Virus record (IMG/VR): IMGVR_UViG_3300042154_001807 | Location: 1-56,548 of that record | Reading direction: 5' to 3' (one strand) | DNA: 56,548 nt | Source: a virus | Taxonomy: Duplodnaviria > Caudoviricetes | Part shown: in pieces, positions 1 through 9,477 of the stretch | Numbering within the stretch: position 1 is the first letter of the stretch | Layout: every line of letters starts with the position of its first letter | Program-made: the position numbers and the translations under genes | Notes under the pieces: model-generated | What the model was told of the DNA's origin: nothing | Databases searched by the model: none | What the model saw: only the letters and a program-made list of their open reading frames with translations

Positions 1-273
1 CTAAATCTGGAATGATTAAGTCACCTGTGAAATTGCAGTCAAAGAATGCGTTGTCACTAATACTTGTAACCGATGTGCCAATGGTGAGCGTTCCTGCAAA
101 GCTAGTGCAACTGTAGAACGCCGAGTTTGCGATAGTTGTAACTGTGTTAGGAATGATTAGGTCGCCTGATATGTTAGTGCAGTATGCAAACGCACCATCG
201 CCAATGCTAGTAACCGATGTGCCGAGGTCGAGTGAAGTTAAGCCAATGCATTGCTGAAATGCGTTAATCCCAA
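1..273. repeat. Terminal redundancy with 56276..56548 (circular contig overlap)
   Basis: 147..273 is identical to the last 127 nt. 1..146 aligns without gaps to 56276..56421 with 9 substitutions. Confidence 0.95.
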
Positions 274-829
274 TGCTTAATACTGTATTCGGAATGACAA
301 GACCGCCAGTCAAGCCTTGGCAATCATAAAATGCTGTCGAATCAATGTTCGTAACTGTGTTTCCAAAGTGCAAATTAGTAATGAGCATATTGCTGGATTT
401 CCAAGAAGTAGGAATCGTTGCAGCAAAAGTTATGTCAAACTCTCCACCTCCACTTACGATAGTTGGGTCAGGAATGGATGTTGAAATAATACTCCATACG
501 GCTGCACTTGTAGTAGCGTCAGAGCATTGATACATATCGCCGTTCTCCAGCACCCACCAACTACCAGCAAAGAAGCCTTGTGTTTCGTCATTGTAATTCG
601 ATGGAGCGACAAACTGCATGTCCGTAAGCCTAATGGCTTCAGAAGTTGATTGACCACGATAGTAGTTCGATCCTAGCGACCAATCTTTTTTATAGTCAGC
701 AGTGCACACTTGGCGAATGCCACCGATAGGTGCTTCTTGGATTTTACTTTCATTAAAAAAGTCAAGAATACCACCTGTAATATTTTTCAGGAGCTTGCTA
801 ATGTTTTCTGTTAGGTTAATATCACTCAT
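1..829 (-). CDS. N-terminal part of a BspA/TpLRR (LRR_5) repeat protein; continues across the circular junction to 55506 (~532 aa in total)
   Basis: Manual translation from ATG 829: MSDINLTENISK...AFYDCQGLTGGLVIPNTVLSIGINAFQQCIGLTSLDLGTSVTSIGDGAFAYC. The frame stays open to base 1 and is in frame with 55506..56548. Confidence 0.85.
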   Translation of the reverse strand, partial: MSDINLTENISKLLKNITGGILDFFNESKIQEAPIGGIRQVCTADYKKDWSLGSNYYRGQSTSEAIRLTDMQFVAPSNYNDETQGFFAGSWWVLENGDMYQCSDATTSAAVWSIISTSIPDPTIVSGGGEFDITFAATIPTSWKSSNMLITNLHFGNTVTNIDSTAFYDCQGLTGGLVIPNTVLSIGINAFQQCIGLTSLDLGTSVTSIGDGAFAYCTNISGDLIIPNTVTTIANSAFYSCTSFAGTLTIGTSVTSISDNAFFDCNFTGDLIIPDL

Positions 830-965
830 AAAGTTTAAATCTGTTTCCGTTTTCGTCGCATAGATGGTTTCCTAGATCGTCAAGCATGTGACCGAAGTGG
901 ACTTCGATATTTGCCAGTGTTTGCAGCCATCCATACTGCAAACCTATACCAATTCCAATTCTCAT
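822..965 (-). CDS. Small 47-aa protein (MRIGIGIGL...), possibly associated with a head spike
   Basis: Manual translation; overlaps the stop and start of both neighbours. Confidence 0.55.
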   Translation of the reverse strand: MRIGIGIGLQYGWLQTLANIEVHFGHMLDDLGNHLCDENGNRFKLYE

Positions 966-1228
966 TAGTAGGTAGCGATAAGGTTGGATGCGGTGAGACC
1001 TGATGCCGACACGTTTACGACGCTGAAAGGATATTCAAGCCCAGCGATTAGTCCGACAAAGGTTTCAGTTTGACCATTAGCAAAGGTGATGGTAGCAGTG
1101 CCTCCGACACCAACATAGAGACCCCGTGACGGAGTTCCGAGAGCGGTTCCTGCTGTAATTGCTTTAGCACCGACTGCACAGTCGGACGTTTTTAGGTATG
1201 CTTGTTTGATAAATCCTGCGATAGTCAT
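965..1228 (-). CDS. Head spike base-like protein (RcGTA Rcc01079-like)
   Basis: 87 aa with an RGLYVGVGG...G..YPF.V..V.A.G.TA pattern recalled for this family. Confidence 0.6.
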   Translation of the reverse strand: MTIAGFIKQAYLKTSDCAVGAKAITAGTALGTPSRGLYVGVGGTATITFANGQTETFVGLIAGLEYPFSVVNVSASGLTASNLIATY

Positions 1229-1246
1229 GGTGTTGTGTGGTTGTGG

Positions 1247-1957
1247 TTAAGAGATTAAAATCCAGCTTCTCAGCCCAAAAGAGCCATCAACGGAAAGGTA
1301 AATATGACGACTATACAGAACAGCCATTTGCATGTTTACCCCGCTAGTAGCAGTAACTGTTCCGCTACCTCCCCCGCTCAGTGTTGCCCCGCTCAGTGTC
1401 AAGTTTCCCGCTGTTGTGGTTAGTGTGATTGCATTGCCTTCTTCTCGTAAGGATAAAGCGTAAAGCGTGACGACTGATCCAGATTTGGTAGAGACAACAT
1501 TTTTGTCTTTGCTATTGATAGTTGAACTGATTGCTGTCGCTATGCTTGTGGTAAAAGCTGGCGATGCGATCAGTATCTCGAATGGATTTGTTGCCGTGTC
1601 AGAAAAAGTATAAACGACACCATTTATTGTAATGGTTTGACCCGCTGTCGGAATGCCAGCAACTGTAATTGTCGCCGTGGCTTTCACCTCGTTTGATGAC
1701 ACTGGAGGTGTTGTCATTACCAATGTTGTAAACTGGTCATGCGTATGCGTCGCAGGAGTGAACGTCGCAGGTTTCCCAGTAACATCATCCCATGCCGTCG
1801 CCGCACCATTGAGAGTGTTCCCGCTCATCGATAGACGAGTGCCAAGAGTTATCTCCTCCCCGTCTCCAGCTCCAGCCGTGCCGCGCCCATACAATCGAGG
1901 CGAGGCGGAAAACCGTATCGTTTTTATAACTTCTCTGACCCTGTTGAATAATCCCAT
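1247..1957 (-). CDS. Putative fibre/decoration protein
   Basis: Gly/Thr-rich beta content, WDDVTGKPATFTPATHTH fibre-type motif; probable start MGLFNRV at 1957. Confidence 0.55.
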   Translation of the reverse strand: MGLFNRVREVIKTIRFSASPRLYGRGTAGAGDGEEITLGTRLSMSGNTLNGAATAWDDVTGKPATFTPATHTHDQFTTLVMTTPPVSSNEVKATATITVAGIPTAGQTITINGVVYTFSDTATNPFEILIASPAFTTSIATAISSTINSKDKNVVSTKSGSVVTLYALSLREEGNAITLTTTAGNLTLSGATLSGGGSGTVTATSGVNMQMAVLYSRHIYLSVDGSFGLRSWILIS

Positions 1958-1959
1958 AA

Positions 1960-2178
1960 TTAGCAATTCGATGGTAATGAAGGAAACCCTCCTCTGATTT
2001 TCACACTGAACGCGATCTTGCAACCCACGTTCACAAACTCTTTCTGCTCACCGACCTGAGAACTACTCTTCACACCGTTCTGCCGACTGACATCGGTAGA
2101 CGTAGTCGACTGGTTACCAATCTGATCGTAGTAACTTTTCCGTGTCGTGTCTTCTGTGATTTCGTAAGTGTCTGCCAT
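1960..2178 (-). CDS. Hypothetical virion-region protein
   Basis: 72-aa ORF tightly packed in the operon. Confidence 0.55.
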   Translation of the reverse strand: MADTYEITEDTTRKSYYDQIGNQSTTSTDVSRQNGVKSSSQVGEQKEFVNVGCKIAFSVKIRGGFPSLPSNC

Positions 2179-2189
2179 ATTCGTAATTG

Positions 2190-2504
2190 TTATGCGTCAG
2201 CGCCTTGATTCTTCTTCTGTATCCCTTTGGTAATATCCGTCTGAACATGCTTGGTGCTTTGATCCTGAGTCCCAGTCCCTTCTCTGGTCGTGTCCCCAGT
2301 CTCTGTAGCAGCGTCGTTTGCAGCAGTGGTGCGACGAACCTCAAGCGACTGGAAGTCAAAAATAACTTCGCACTGGAACGTCACTTCTTCTGGCATGTCC
2401 ACGATCAGACCAGAGTCACGCTGAGCAGCGACACCAAAACGAATTTCCTCCAGCACCTGTGAGATGTGGTTTCGAAGTTCAGCGATTGGGACGATGCTTT
2501 CCAT
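2190..2504 (-). CDS. Hypothetical virion-region protein
   Basis: 104-aa ORF in the operon. Confidence 0.6.
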   Translation of the reverse strand: MESIVPIAELRNHISQVLEEIRFGVAAQRDSGLIVDMPEEVTFQCEVIFDFQSLEVRRTTAANDAATETGDTTREGTGTQDQSTKHVQTDITKGIQKKNQGADA

Positions 2505-2508
2505 AAAA

Positions 2509-3372
2509 TTAATATCCGCTCGGAGACCCTACCGAGTTGCTAGGAGTTGTTAGTGTTTGCGGGATCATAGTCGAGTATCTAACCTCAGCTGCGTTGCCCC
2601 TTGCAACAGCTGCTGATCGAAGAGACTCACTTCTCCATAGGTCGGTCTCTGCCAGCAACCCCCTGACCATAGGTAAAAGATATGACTCCACATGTTCATA
2701 CCGAATAGGAAGGTCTCTAGTAGCCGTGATAGTATCCAAGAAAGTAATGCGCGGAGGAGCTAGACGCGCGGTAGCCTTGAACCTGATCGCTGATATAGGC
2801 AACCTATCGACTCGGAACACTGCTCTGTAGTCGTCATGCTGCCCGTTTGGCTCGACAGACCAGCACTCTGGGTTCCCGACAGCGAAACGATACAAAAGCC
2901 TGTCACGGGCAGGATAGGCACCTTGCAGAAGCTGTGTGTCGGTGTCAGCGTAGCGAGGGTTCGAAGAGATGCTTGAATACTGAGCAGGAAGAGCAACGGC
3001 ATCGTAGTAAATCGTGGCGCTTACAGTTCCAGTAGCTCCAGAGTATGGAAGCAACATCTTGTCATTCCCGATGATCTGGTTGTCGATCTCGTCACCAGTA
3101 ATTTTAATGGTGCAATACATGTCCTCGTCCGTTGCCGAGTAAGAGGTAAAGTCGGTGCTTCCTTGAACGACTCCTATAGTAATTGCTTTCGGAGCAGCAA
3201 GGTTGATCGATATTGTCGTGACCTTGCTATGGTCGGGTGCATGGTCGTGCATTATTTGCAGAGACGCATTTACGCAGTCGAGAATTGTTTGCCGTTCCTC
3301 AGCGGTCAGGTTGCTTGGATTTGTCTGAGTCAGGTCTCGAGTAAGACGCTGGATGAACGCTAAAGTTTTCAT
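2509..3372 (-). CDS. Putative head-tail adaptor/ring protein
   Basis: N-terminal helix 'ILDCVNASLQ' and C-terminal 'LPIRYEHVESYLLPMVR'; similar in outline to the C-terminal part of 3369..4340. Confidence 0.5.
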   Translation of the reverse strand: MKTLAFIQRLTRDLTQTNPSNLTAEERQTILDCVNASLQIMHDHAPDHSKVTTISINLAAPKAITIGVVQGSTDFTSYSATDEDMYCTIKITGDEIDNQIIGNDKMLLPYSGATGTVSATIYYDAVALPAQYSSISSNPRYADTDTQLLQGAYPARDRLLYRFAVGNPECWSVEPNGQHDDYRAVFRVDRLPISAIRFKATARLAPPRITFLDTITATRDLPIRYEHVESYLLPMVRGLLAETDLWRSESLRSAAVARGNAAEVRYSTMIPQTLTTPSNSVGSPSGY

Positions 3373-4340
3373 TTCGCCTTCGCTCCTTTCCTGTAGCCGA
3401 GGTTGTCTCCAGACTGACCAGCGAGCGGATCAGCTACGTCGAGTAGGAGTCGTGCCTGAGCATACCCGTTGACGATCGCTTCCTGACGATCTCGAGCAAT
3501 AAATAAATGGCTGCTCATCGCCATGTGTCGGCACACTGGCATGAGTAATGACTCAACGTATTTGTGAGGGATGGGGCACAGTGGGCAGCTATCGAAGTCG
3601 AGGAGAGAATATCGAGGAGCCTCTGTGACTACCTCCATCTTCACAGTGATATTCCCAGAAGGAGCAGGCACAATGTTCAGAGTGCATTTGGCAGGGTCAG
3701 CTCCAGCTTGATTCTCTCGCTCGAGATAGTAAGCTACTGGAACCGAGGCTGAGTCACCGTCAAGGAATGAGTCGGCGAAATTTTCAAGTTCCGAGACATT
3801 TGCAAGAGGGACTAACAATTCTCCAGTGGTTAGTCTAACAGGACCTGTGACGTTTTGAATGTCATTGGCAAGGACGCTTGTGGTGTTTCCAGAGGTGATC
3901 GCTACCGATAGATTGGAGGTTGTCCAGTAGCTTCGGTCGATCGCTTGGTTCCATACAACCTGCATCGATTGGTTAATGACATTCAGTGCAGCAATCTTTG
4001 CCATCTGTGGCGCTGAGCATGGACTCTCCATTCCCCAGCTCATTAGAATATCACGCAGAACGTCGCACACCGTTAGACCGTTCCTGATGACTGTGATAGA
4101 AGCTGAAGCATCAGACGTAGCTATGACCGATGCTGAAAATTTCTTTGTCAGTCCTGCGTTAACAGAAGCCACCGCAGATCCGTAGACAGCGGATGAGGAA
4201 ACAGACTTATTTGTAGTAGCTGCGGTCGCAACCGAAACCCCGATAACAGCAGCAGCCATTTTGCGCACAACTCGACGGTTAGCCGTGGCAGATACCACCA
4301 CGGTCCCAGTCATAGTTTTGTACACGATTGTAACTGGCAT
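3369..4340 (-). CDS. Putative head-tail adaptor with a Ser/Ala/Val-rich N-terminal extension
   Basis: 'ALNVINQSMQ', 'PVAYY', 'NIVPAPS' and 'PIPHKYVESLL' resemble adaptor motifs. Confidence 0.5.
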   Translation of the reverse strand: MPVTIVYKTMTGTVVVSATANRRVVRKMAAAVIGVSVATAATTNKSVSSSAVYGSAVASVNAGLTKKFSASVIATSDASASITVIRNGLTVCDVLRDILMSWGMESPCSAPQMAKIAALNVINQSMQVVWNQAIDRSYWTTSNLSVAITSGNTTSVLANDIQNVTGPVRLTTGELLVPLANVSELENFADSFLDGDSASVPVAYYLERENQAGADPAKCTLNIVPAPSGNITVKMEVVTEAPRYSLLDFDSCPLCPIPHKYVESLLMPVCRHMAMSSHLFIARDRQEAIVNGYAQARLLLDVADPLAGQSGDNLGYRKGAKAK

Positions 4341-4344
4341 GATT

Positions 4345-4746
4345 TTATTCGAAAGTAATGTCGAGATCTCCTGATGGAATTATCAGATGATCGTCATGAT
4401 TGATTAAAGTGACTGGCGCAAGTGCCCCGTAGAACAGCAGATTTCCTCCGCTAAGCTCGTCGAACATTCCCCAGCTAGTAACGGTCCCCCACGAAGCTCC
4501 GCTCACGGGGAAGGTGATAGCAATACCGTTTGATTTAACCCCAGCAATTGCGTCTGGGAAATTCGAAACAGTATTTGTCACTGATGCCCTAGCGTAACCT
4601 GTGCCGCTTACCTCTGTTCCGCCACCATCCTCAGACGGAGCAGCGGTGTAGAGAGCTAAATACACCGTGGTAGGAGCCGTGTAAGCGACCCTGCCAAGAA
4701 TGTAATTGGCTACTTTGCCTTGAAGGTATGCGCTGAGAGCTGCCAT
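4345..4746 (-). CDS. Virion structural protein (paralogue 1)
   Basis: YLALYTAAP...GGTEVSG.GYAR...ITFP...WGTVT..G.FD...GN.L.YG.L pattern, a common phage structural family. Confidence 0.7.
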   Translation of the reverse strand: MAALSAYLQGKVANYILGRVAYTAPTTVYLALYTAAPSEDGGGTEVSGTGYARASVTNTVSNFPDAIAGVKSNGIAITFPVSGASWGTVTSWGMFDELSGGNLLFYGALAPVTLINHDDHLIIPSGDLDITFE

Positions 4747-4747
4747 A

Positions 4748-5152
4748 TTAGTCGAGGGTGATCGTTAGTTGGTTGATCGGAATTGTTAGGGAGTCGGTAT
4801 CGGCAATCGTTTTCGCGGCGTTAAAAGCACCAAAGAAAAGCATGTCTCCAGAAGACGATGCCGACATGAGTGCCCAGTGACTAACGGTGCCCCATGAGCC
4901 TCCGCTTGCAGCTGGGAATGTAAACGCTGTTCCGTTAGACTTCTGACCACTGCTCGCAGCAGGAAAGTTCGTTGGGTTATTTGTAATGGACAGTCGAGTG
5001 TATCCGTAACCAGCAACTTCGGTGCCACCACCATTCTCGGTAGGGGCAACGGTGAAGAGCGCGAGATAGAGCGTAGTGACAGGGGTGTAAGTTCCTGCAC
5101 CAAGAATATGGTTCATCACTTTGTTTTCGAGATCTGATGAGAATGCGGACAT
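4748..5152 (-). CDS. Virion structural protein (paralogue 2)
   Basis: Colinear and similar to 4345..4746. Confidence 0.7.
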   Translation of the reverse strand: MSAFSSDLENKVMNHILGAGTYTPVTTLYLALFTVAPTENGGGTEVAGYGYTRLSITNNPTNFPAASSGQKSNGTAFTFPAASGGSWGTVSHWALMSASSSGDMLFFGAFNAAKTIADTDSLTIPINQLTITLD

Positions 5153-5161
5153 AATGGTAAA

Positions 5162-5419
5162 TTATTTAGTTGTTGATTTTTTAGCTTTCGGAGAAGGCGC
5201 TGCTTCCTCCTCGACTGGTTGGTTGACGGCAAACCCAGCGACTTGCTGATTGGCGAGCCTTTGCATTGCCCAGTTCTTTGCCATGAGAGTATTGAACTCT
5301 TCAAGCTCAAGCTCGCGACCCTGATAGATAAATTTTTGGTGCTTGTCCGAGAACAAAAACTCCCCACTCTTAACTCCAGAAGAACGACGCAAGCCGACGA
5401 TGTAAATTAGAAATTTCAT
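5162..5419 (-). CDS. Hypothetical protein after the capsid gene
   Basis: 85-aa ORF with a Lys-rich tail. Confidence 0.55.
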   Translation of the reverse strand: MKFLIYIVGLRRSSGVKSGEFLFSDKHQKFIYQGRELELEEFNTLMAKNWAMQRLANQQVAGFAVNQPVEEEAAPSPKAKKSTTK

Positions 5420-5422
5420 AAT

Positions 5423-5466
5423 AAAAAAAGGAAGGATGATGGGGGCACCAATATGATGCCCCCATC
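5423..5466 (-). terminator. Intrinsic terminator after the major capsid gene
   Basis: 10-bp stem GATGGGGGCA/TGCCCCCATC followed by a T-rich run on the minus strand. Confidence 0.65.
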
Positions 5467-5480
5467 GATCGTTGATTTGG

Positions 5481-6953
5481 TTAGCTGTTAACCACTGGGA
5501 GGTTCAGGTCTGGGTAGGACACAGCATGGTCAAGTCGGATGCACGACGGCACACGACCAGCACGGTCTGTATACAACTTCTGACCGAACACCGAGACGAT
5601 GTAACGCTCGGTGATGAATCCACCTTCTTGCTTTTGCGTCATGTTCTCACCACGGAACATACCGTAACCACGAAGGGCTGCGGACGCACCAATCATTAGG
5701 CTTGAACCGATTGGCACACCTTTCGAGTTAGCTTGGATGATGATCGACCCAGTTGGGTGATTAAGCGTGTTGAGGGCAGCATTCCATGTAACTCCTCCAA
5801 GTGGTGTTCCATTGACAAGACGAGCAGTAACATTGATCAACTGACCGTTGTTGCCAGTAGTGTAGCTGTAAAAGCCCCACTTACCAGCGTCGCCACCAGC
5901 TGCCGAATCTGTCTTATTGTAGATGATCAAGTAGCGAGTAATTGACGCAGGAGTAAACGCCGAGCCACCAACGTTCTCAAGGAACGGATACGCGAAGCCA
6001 TCGAAGTATTGGAAGAAGTCGATGTCTGTGCGGGTGTTGGTCAAGTTATCAGCTCCACCACCAATTACGTTAAAAGCAGCAGCGGCTCCGCCAGCTACAA
6101 TTGGAGTAGCTAGGAACGCGCGAGGGTTCAGGAAAGAACCAACGGCACCCACACCATCGTGGTCAAGTGGATTGTATTCCTTGATGACGTGACCATCGAC
6201 GTTGGCATATCCTCCTTTGAAGATGGTGTTCTCGGCACCACGGGTTTCGGCTTGAGCGCGAAGCGTTAGGTAAGCGCTGTCGATCTTCAAACTGGACAAC
6301 GCAGGGACAGTGCCGATGACGATGTTGCTGAAGATTGGAGCAGACTTAGCACCACTGCGGACGATGTTCGCAGGCTTTCCACCAAGCGGTTGAAGAGTAG
6401 TGCCCATGCGAACGATCTCGTTCCAGTCAAGCGTGTCGGCACTTAAAAGAGTGTCGCGCGTCTTTGAACCAGCGTAGAGGATGTTGTTCGAAGGAAGCAA
6501 TAGTTGGAACGTAGCGAACAGCTGATCGGATTTTTTACGACCAAGCCACTTGCCGAGTTCGACGTTGTCCTGAGAAGAAATCTCATCGCGCATCCCCATC
6601 ACTTCTTCAGCACGCATGTTGATGCTGGTAGCGTGGCGAAGCCAATCTACTTTCAACTGGAACGAACTGATCTGACGTTTTTCATAGTCAGTGAGTGTTG
6701 TGAACATCGCGTCACCTTGCTTGCCCCGACCGTAGTAGCCAGAACCAGTGGTGAAAGTGATGGTTTGTCCCGCACCTTTGCTGGTGTCGGTGATAGTGCG
6801 AATGGGTGAGTCCTTGCGATCTCCCTCAAGCTGAGCGAAAAAGTCTTCGGTTTGTTCACCTACGAGAACTCCTTTTTGCCACAGTTTGCGGACGGAATCA
6901 GGAGCCATTGCGGACAGGGAAGTCCCTGTGTTTGTTGCTGTAAAGTCAGGCAT
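5481..6953 (-). CDS. Major capsid protein (N4-gp56/DUF4043-like)
   Basis: 490 aa; 'KLWQKG', 'DTSKGAGQTITF', 'VDWLRHAT', 'LGKWL'; lies after an acidic scaffold gene and before a terminator. Confidence 0.8.
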   Translation of the reverse strand: MPDFTATNTGTSLSAMAPDSVRKLWQKGVLVGEQTEDFFAQLEGDRKDSPIRTITDTSKGAGQTITFTTGSGYYGRGKQGDAMFTTLTDYEKRQISSFQLKVDWLRHATSINMRAEEVMGMRDEISSQDNVELGKWLGRKKSDQLFATFQLLLPSNNILYAGSKTRDTLLSADTLDWNEIVRMGTTLQPLGGKPANIVRSGAKSAPIFSNIVIGTVPALSSLKIDSAYLTLRAQAETRGAENTIFKGGYANVDGHVIKEYNPLDHDGVGAVGSFLNPRAFLATPIVAGGAAAAFNVIGGGADNLTNTRTDIDFFQYFDGFAYPFLENVGGSAFTPASITRYLIIYNKTDSAAGGDAGKWGFYSYTTGNNGQLINVTARLVNGTPLGGVTWNAALNTLNHPTGSIIIQANSKGVPIGSSLMIGASAALRGYGMFRGENMTQKQEGGFITERYIVSVFGQKLYTDRAGRVPSCIRLDHAVSYPDLNLPVVNS

Positions 6954-7013
6954 AATAATAGTTAGTTAAGTTTTGATTTTGAAAAAACCGCTTCATTCTA
7001 ACCCAAGAGAAAT

Positions 7014-7997
7014 TTATCGTAACCCGTTAGTGATCTCTTCGTATTCAGTCAGAGATAAGTTAGGGTCGTCCAAACGGTCTAAGGCAACAGAAGTTGCGGC
7101 GGAGCGGGTTGATCCACTCGACGGTTGAAGTGCTGGACGTGTTGTGACTTTTTTGACAGTCGCGTTTTTTGACTGCGTCGAACGTGGCGCGATTGCCAAG
7201 TTGTTAGCCGCCATCTGCGCGATTCGCAAAGCCTTCTTTGGATCGTATAGCAAGGGATTGTCAGTCGCGATCATATCACGGTCGATGCGTGCCATTTCCT
7301 TCGCCAATGCTGATTGCGGATTTGCCGCATCAGGGTAAAGTTGCACGGCATCATTTGTTGCCTGATCTGCGTCTGCGTAGAAGCGCTGTTCCTCAGTAGC
7401 GGCACGGGCAGTTCTCTCATAAGAGAGCTTAGCCTTTTTGTCACGCAGCACCTCAAGTTGGTCTTCAAGTTCGATTTGCAGTTCGGCATCAAATTCCTTG
7501 ATAGCTTCTTTGCGCTTCTGTTTGAGATCGTCAATCTGAGACTGCACGACTTCTGGACTTTCGTCCTCGGTGTCGTCATGAGTTGTCGACTCTGTTGCTT
7601 GCTCTGGGTGAATCTTTTTAGCCTCGCCAATTGCCTGCTCCATCGTCCACGAAGGGTTCGCCTTGTGAAGGGCAAACGCAGTGCGTTCAACGTCATTTCT
7701 TGCTTTGATCCTGTAACGGTTAGCGGATGTGTCAGGTCTCTCCTCTTCTTCCTCTTCCTCAGTTTCCTCGAATTGCTCCTCGGTCTCGGTCTCGGACTCT
7801 TCGGTCTCCTGTGTTTCCTCCTCAAAAGTTTCTTCGCCACGGGATTGCTCCTCTTGACTATCACCTTCGAGAAGTGCTGCCACTTCTGCTGCGTAGTTAC
7901 TCACGTCATCGAGACCGTTGTCGATCTCTACTGACCCTTTCGAGTCAGCCAATTCAGTCGTATTGCCAGCGGATTTCTCCTGTTGTTGTTCGGACAT
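7014..7997 (-). CDS. Capsid scaffolding protein
   Basis: Very acidic, coiled-coil, directly upstream of the capsid gene; probable start MSEQQQ at 7997. Confidence 0.7.
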   Translation of the reverse strand: MSEQQQEKSAGNTTELADSKGSVEIDNGLDDVSNYAAEVAALLEGDSQEEQSRGEETFEEETQETEESETETEEQFEETEEEEEEERPDTSANRYRIKARNDVERTAFALHKANPSWTMEQAIGEAKKIHPEQATESTTHDDTEDESPEVVQSQIDDLKQKRKEAIKEFDAELQIELEDQLEVLRDKKAKLSYERTARAATEEQRFYADADQATNDAVQLYPDAANPQSALAKEMARIDRDMIATDNPLLYDPKKALRIAQMAANNLAIAPRSTQSKNATVKKVTTRPALQPSSGSTRSAATSVALDRLDDPNLSLTEYEEITNGLR

Positions 7998-8006
7998 GTG
8001 AAAGTG

Positions 8007-8026
8007 ATTAACGCAATTAAATTGCA
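8007..8026 (-). promoter_or_regulatory. Candidate late-promoter/operator motif (plus strand ATTAAYGCA-N6-TTGCA)
   Basis: The same motif occurs at 28164 and 28223, each upstream of a minus-strand structural operon. Confidence 0.45.
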
Positions 8027-8077
8027 GTTGCAAACAAATTACGTTGCTTTGTCAAAAAATTTCATTAACTTATCCGC

Positions 8078-8842
8078 ATGGCACTAAACATGGATCCAAT
8101 GGGAGGAGGCAATGATTCTAGCAGGCTTCGCCAGCTTGAATACATACTTGGAAATATCCAACGAGAAGTCGATGGGATGAGGAGAGAAAGGATAACTGGT
8201 CTCGACGGGCAGCAATACGAAGTGCTTGGTCGAAGGGGAATCATTGTCGAGCCAGATACTGTTGACCTACCATTCGGAGTAAACCTAACAAAAAGAGGTG
8301 ACCAGTATTTCGTCACAGTCAACGACGGCAGGGTTGTCGAGAGAGCAATGGCAGTAGCCAGCGAAGCTGACGCTCTTTACTACTACGAATGTAGTAACAG
8401 GGCTGACGGCAACGGGACTCCAATCGAATTCCGAATATCAGTAAACGAAGCTGTATACGTCCGAGTGAAGGAAGACAGCTCAGGAAGAGTAAACAGTGAA
8501 GAGGAAATAATCATAGTGATCGGAGACAACTATCTCAGATCGAGAAACTACGTGCCTGATGGGCAAGAGGGGATTTACTATTACAAGCTCGCGACTCTGA
8601 TCCAAGAAGGGACTGTGGCAAAGCTTGATCCAGTCTGCGCTGGTAGTCACATCTATCACAAGACTGGTCTGACATGTGACGTTCGTATTCTTCAATGCCC
8701 TGACCCAATGAGTTCATCAGAAGGTGCCCAACTACTACGAGTATCGTTTATCTCTGGGACAGTAGCATTTCTCAATAAGAGCAAAGAAGAAAGACCTCTT
8801 GCCCCAAACAAAGCAGAAACAAACGTGGAACACTGCACATGA
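8078..8842 (+). CDS. Hypothetical protein (opposite strand to the structural operon)
   Basis: 254-aa ORF coupled by an ATGA overlap to the next gene. Confidence 0.65.
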   Translation: MALNMDPMGGGNDSSRLRQLEYILGNIQREVDGMRRERITGLDGQQYEVLGRRGIIVEPDTVDLPFGVNLTKRGDQYFVTVNDGRVVERAMAVASEADALYYYECSNRADGNGTPIEFRISVNEAVYVRVKEDSSGRVNSEEEIIIVIGDNYLRSRNYVPDGQEGIYYYKLATLIQEGTVAKLDPVCAGSHIYHKTGLTCDVRILQCPDPMSSSEGAQLLRVSFISGTVAFLNKSKEERPLAPNKAETNVEHCT

Positions 8843-9477
8843 ACCGAGTATTTATTCTTTGTCGACCATCAGATTATTCACTGGCAATTCTTTGCAAGGA
8901 AAGGATGACTGACCTTGGGTGGGTCTCGGCTATAATGATTGACCCATCGGAGTGGGATGCTGTCCCAGAGAATGCATTGCATGCAAGCTACGGCACTCAA
9001 GGCAGGGGCATGTTCGGACGGATTTGTGCGCTCGGAATATCAGATGGAATCCTAAGTCATTCTAGTCCAAACGATGTAGTGATGAAGATGGACTGCGACG
9101 TTAGACTGTCTCCAGAGATGTCCGAATGGTTCAAGAGCGGAGAGAAAGCAAGGTGCCTGAAAATAAATCGACGAACCTGCATCGCTTGGGGCGGAGTGTG
9201 GTCTGCCACCAGAGAGCATCTTGTCGAGGCATACAAGCACATCAGCGACAGCGAGGAATGCAGGTGCCCAGAATCAGTTCTTCACATACGAGGTCTGAAC
9301 CTAACAAGAGGGGTCGAGTTACACGAAACCGAAATGGCACAGGAGTGGCTACCAGAAAACAATACTGAGTTCGCTCATGTGACCACCCTGCCTATTGCCC
9401 GAGGCATTGATAGGCAGGGTGCTGGCAAAGCCCTGTTCGGTCACCACCTCTCTGTAGACTGTGGCTTAGCGCTCTGA
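8839..9477 (+). CDS. Putative GT-A fold glycosyltransferase
   Basis: 'VVMKMDCDV' DxD motif after a beta strand; 'WGGVW'. Confidence 0.5.
   Translation: MNRVFILCRPSDYSLAILCKERMTDLGWVSAIMIDPSEWDAVPENALHASYGTQGRGMFGRICALGISDGILSHSSPNDVVMKMDCDVRLSPEMSEWFKSGEKARCLKINRRTCIAWGGVWSATREHLVEAYKHISDSEECRCPESVLHIRGLNLTRGVELHETEMAQEWLPENNTEFAHVTTLPIARGIDRQGAGKALFGHHLSVDCGLAL

Noticed and set aside
147-273. Biological direct terminal repeat
   Set aside because: The exact match is 127 nt, a common assembly k-mer, and lies mid-gene. It is more likely a circular assembly overlap.
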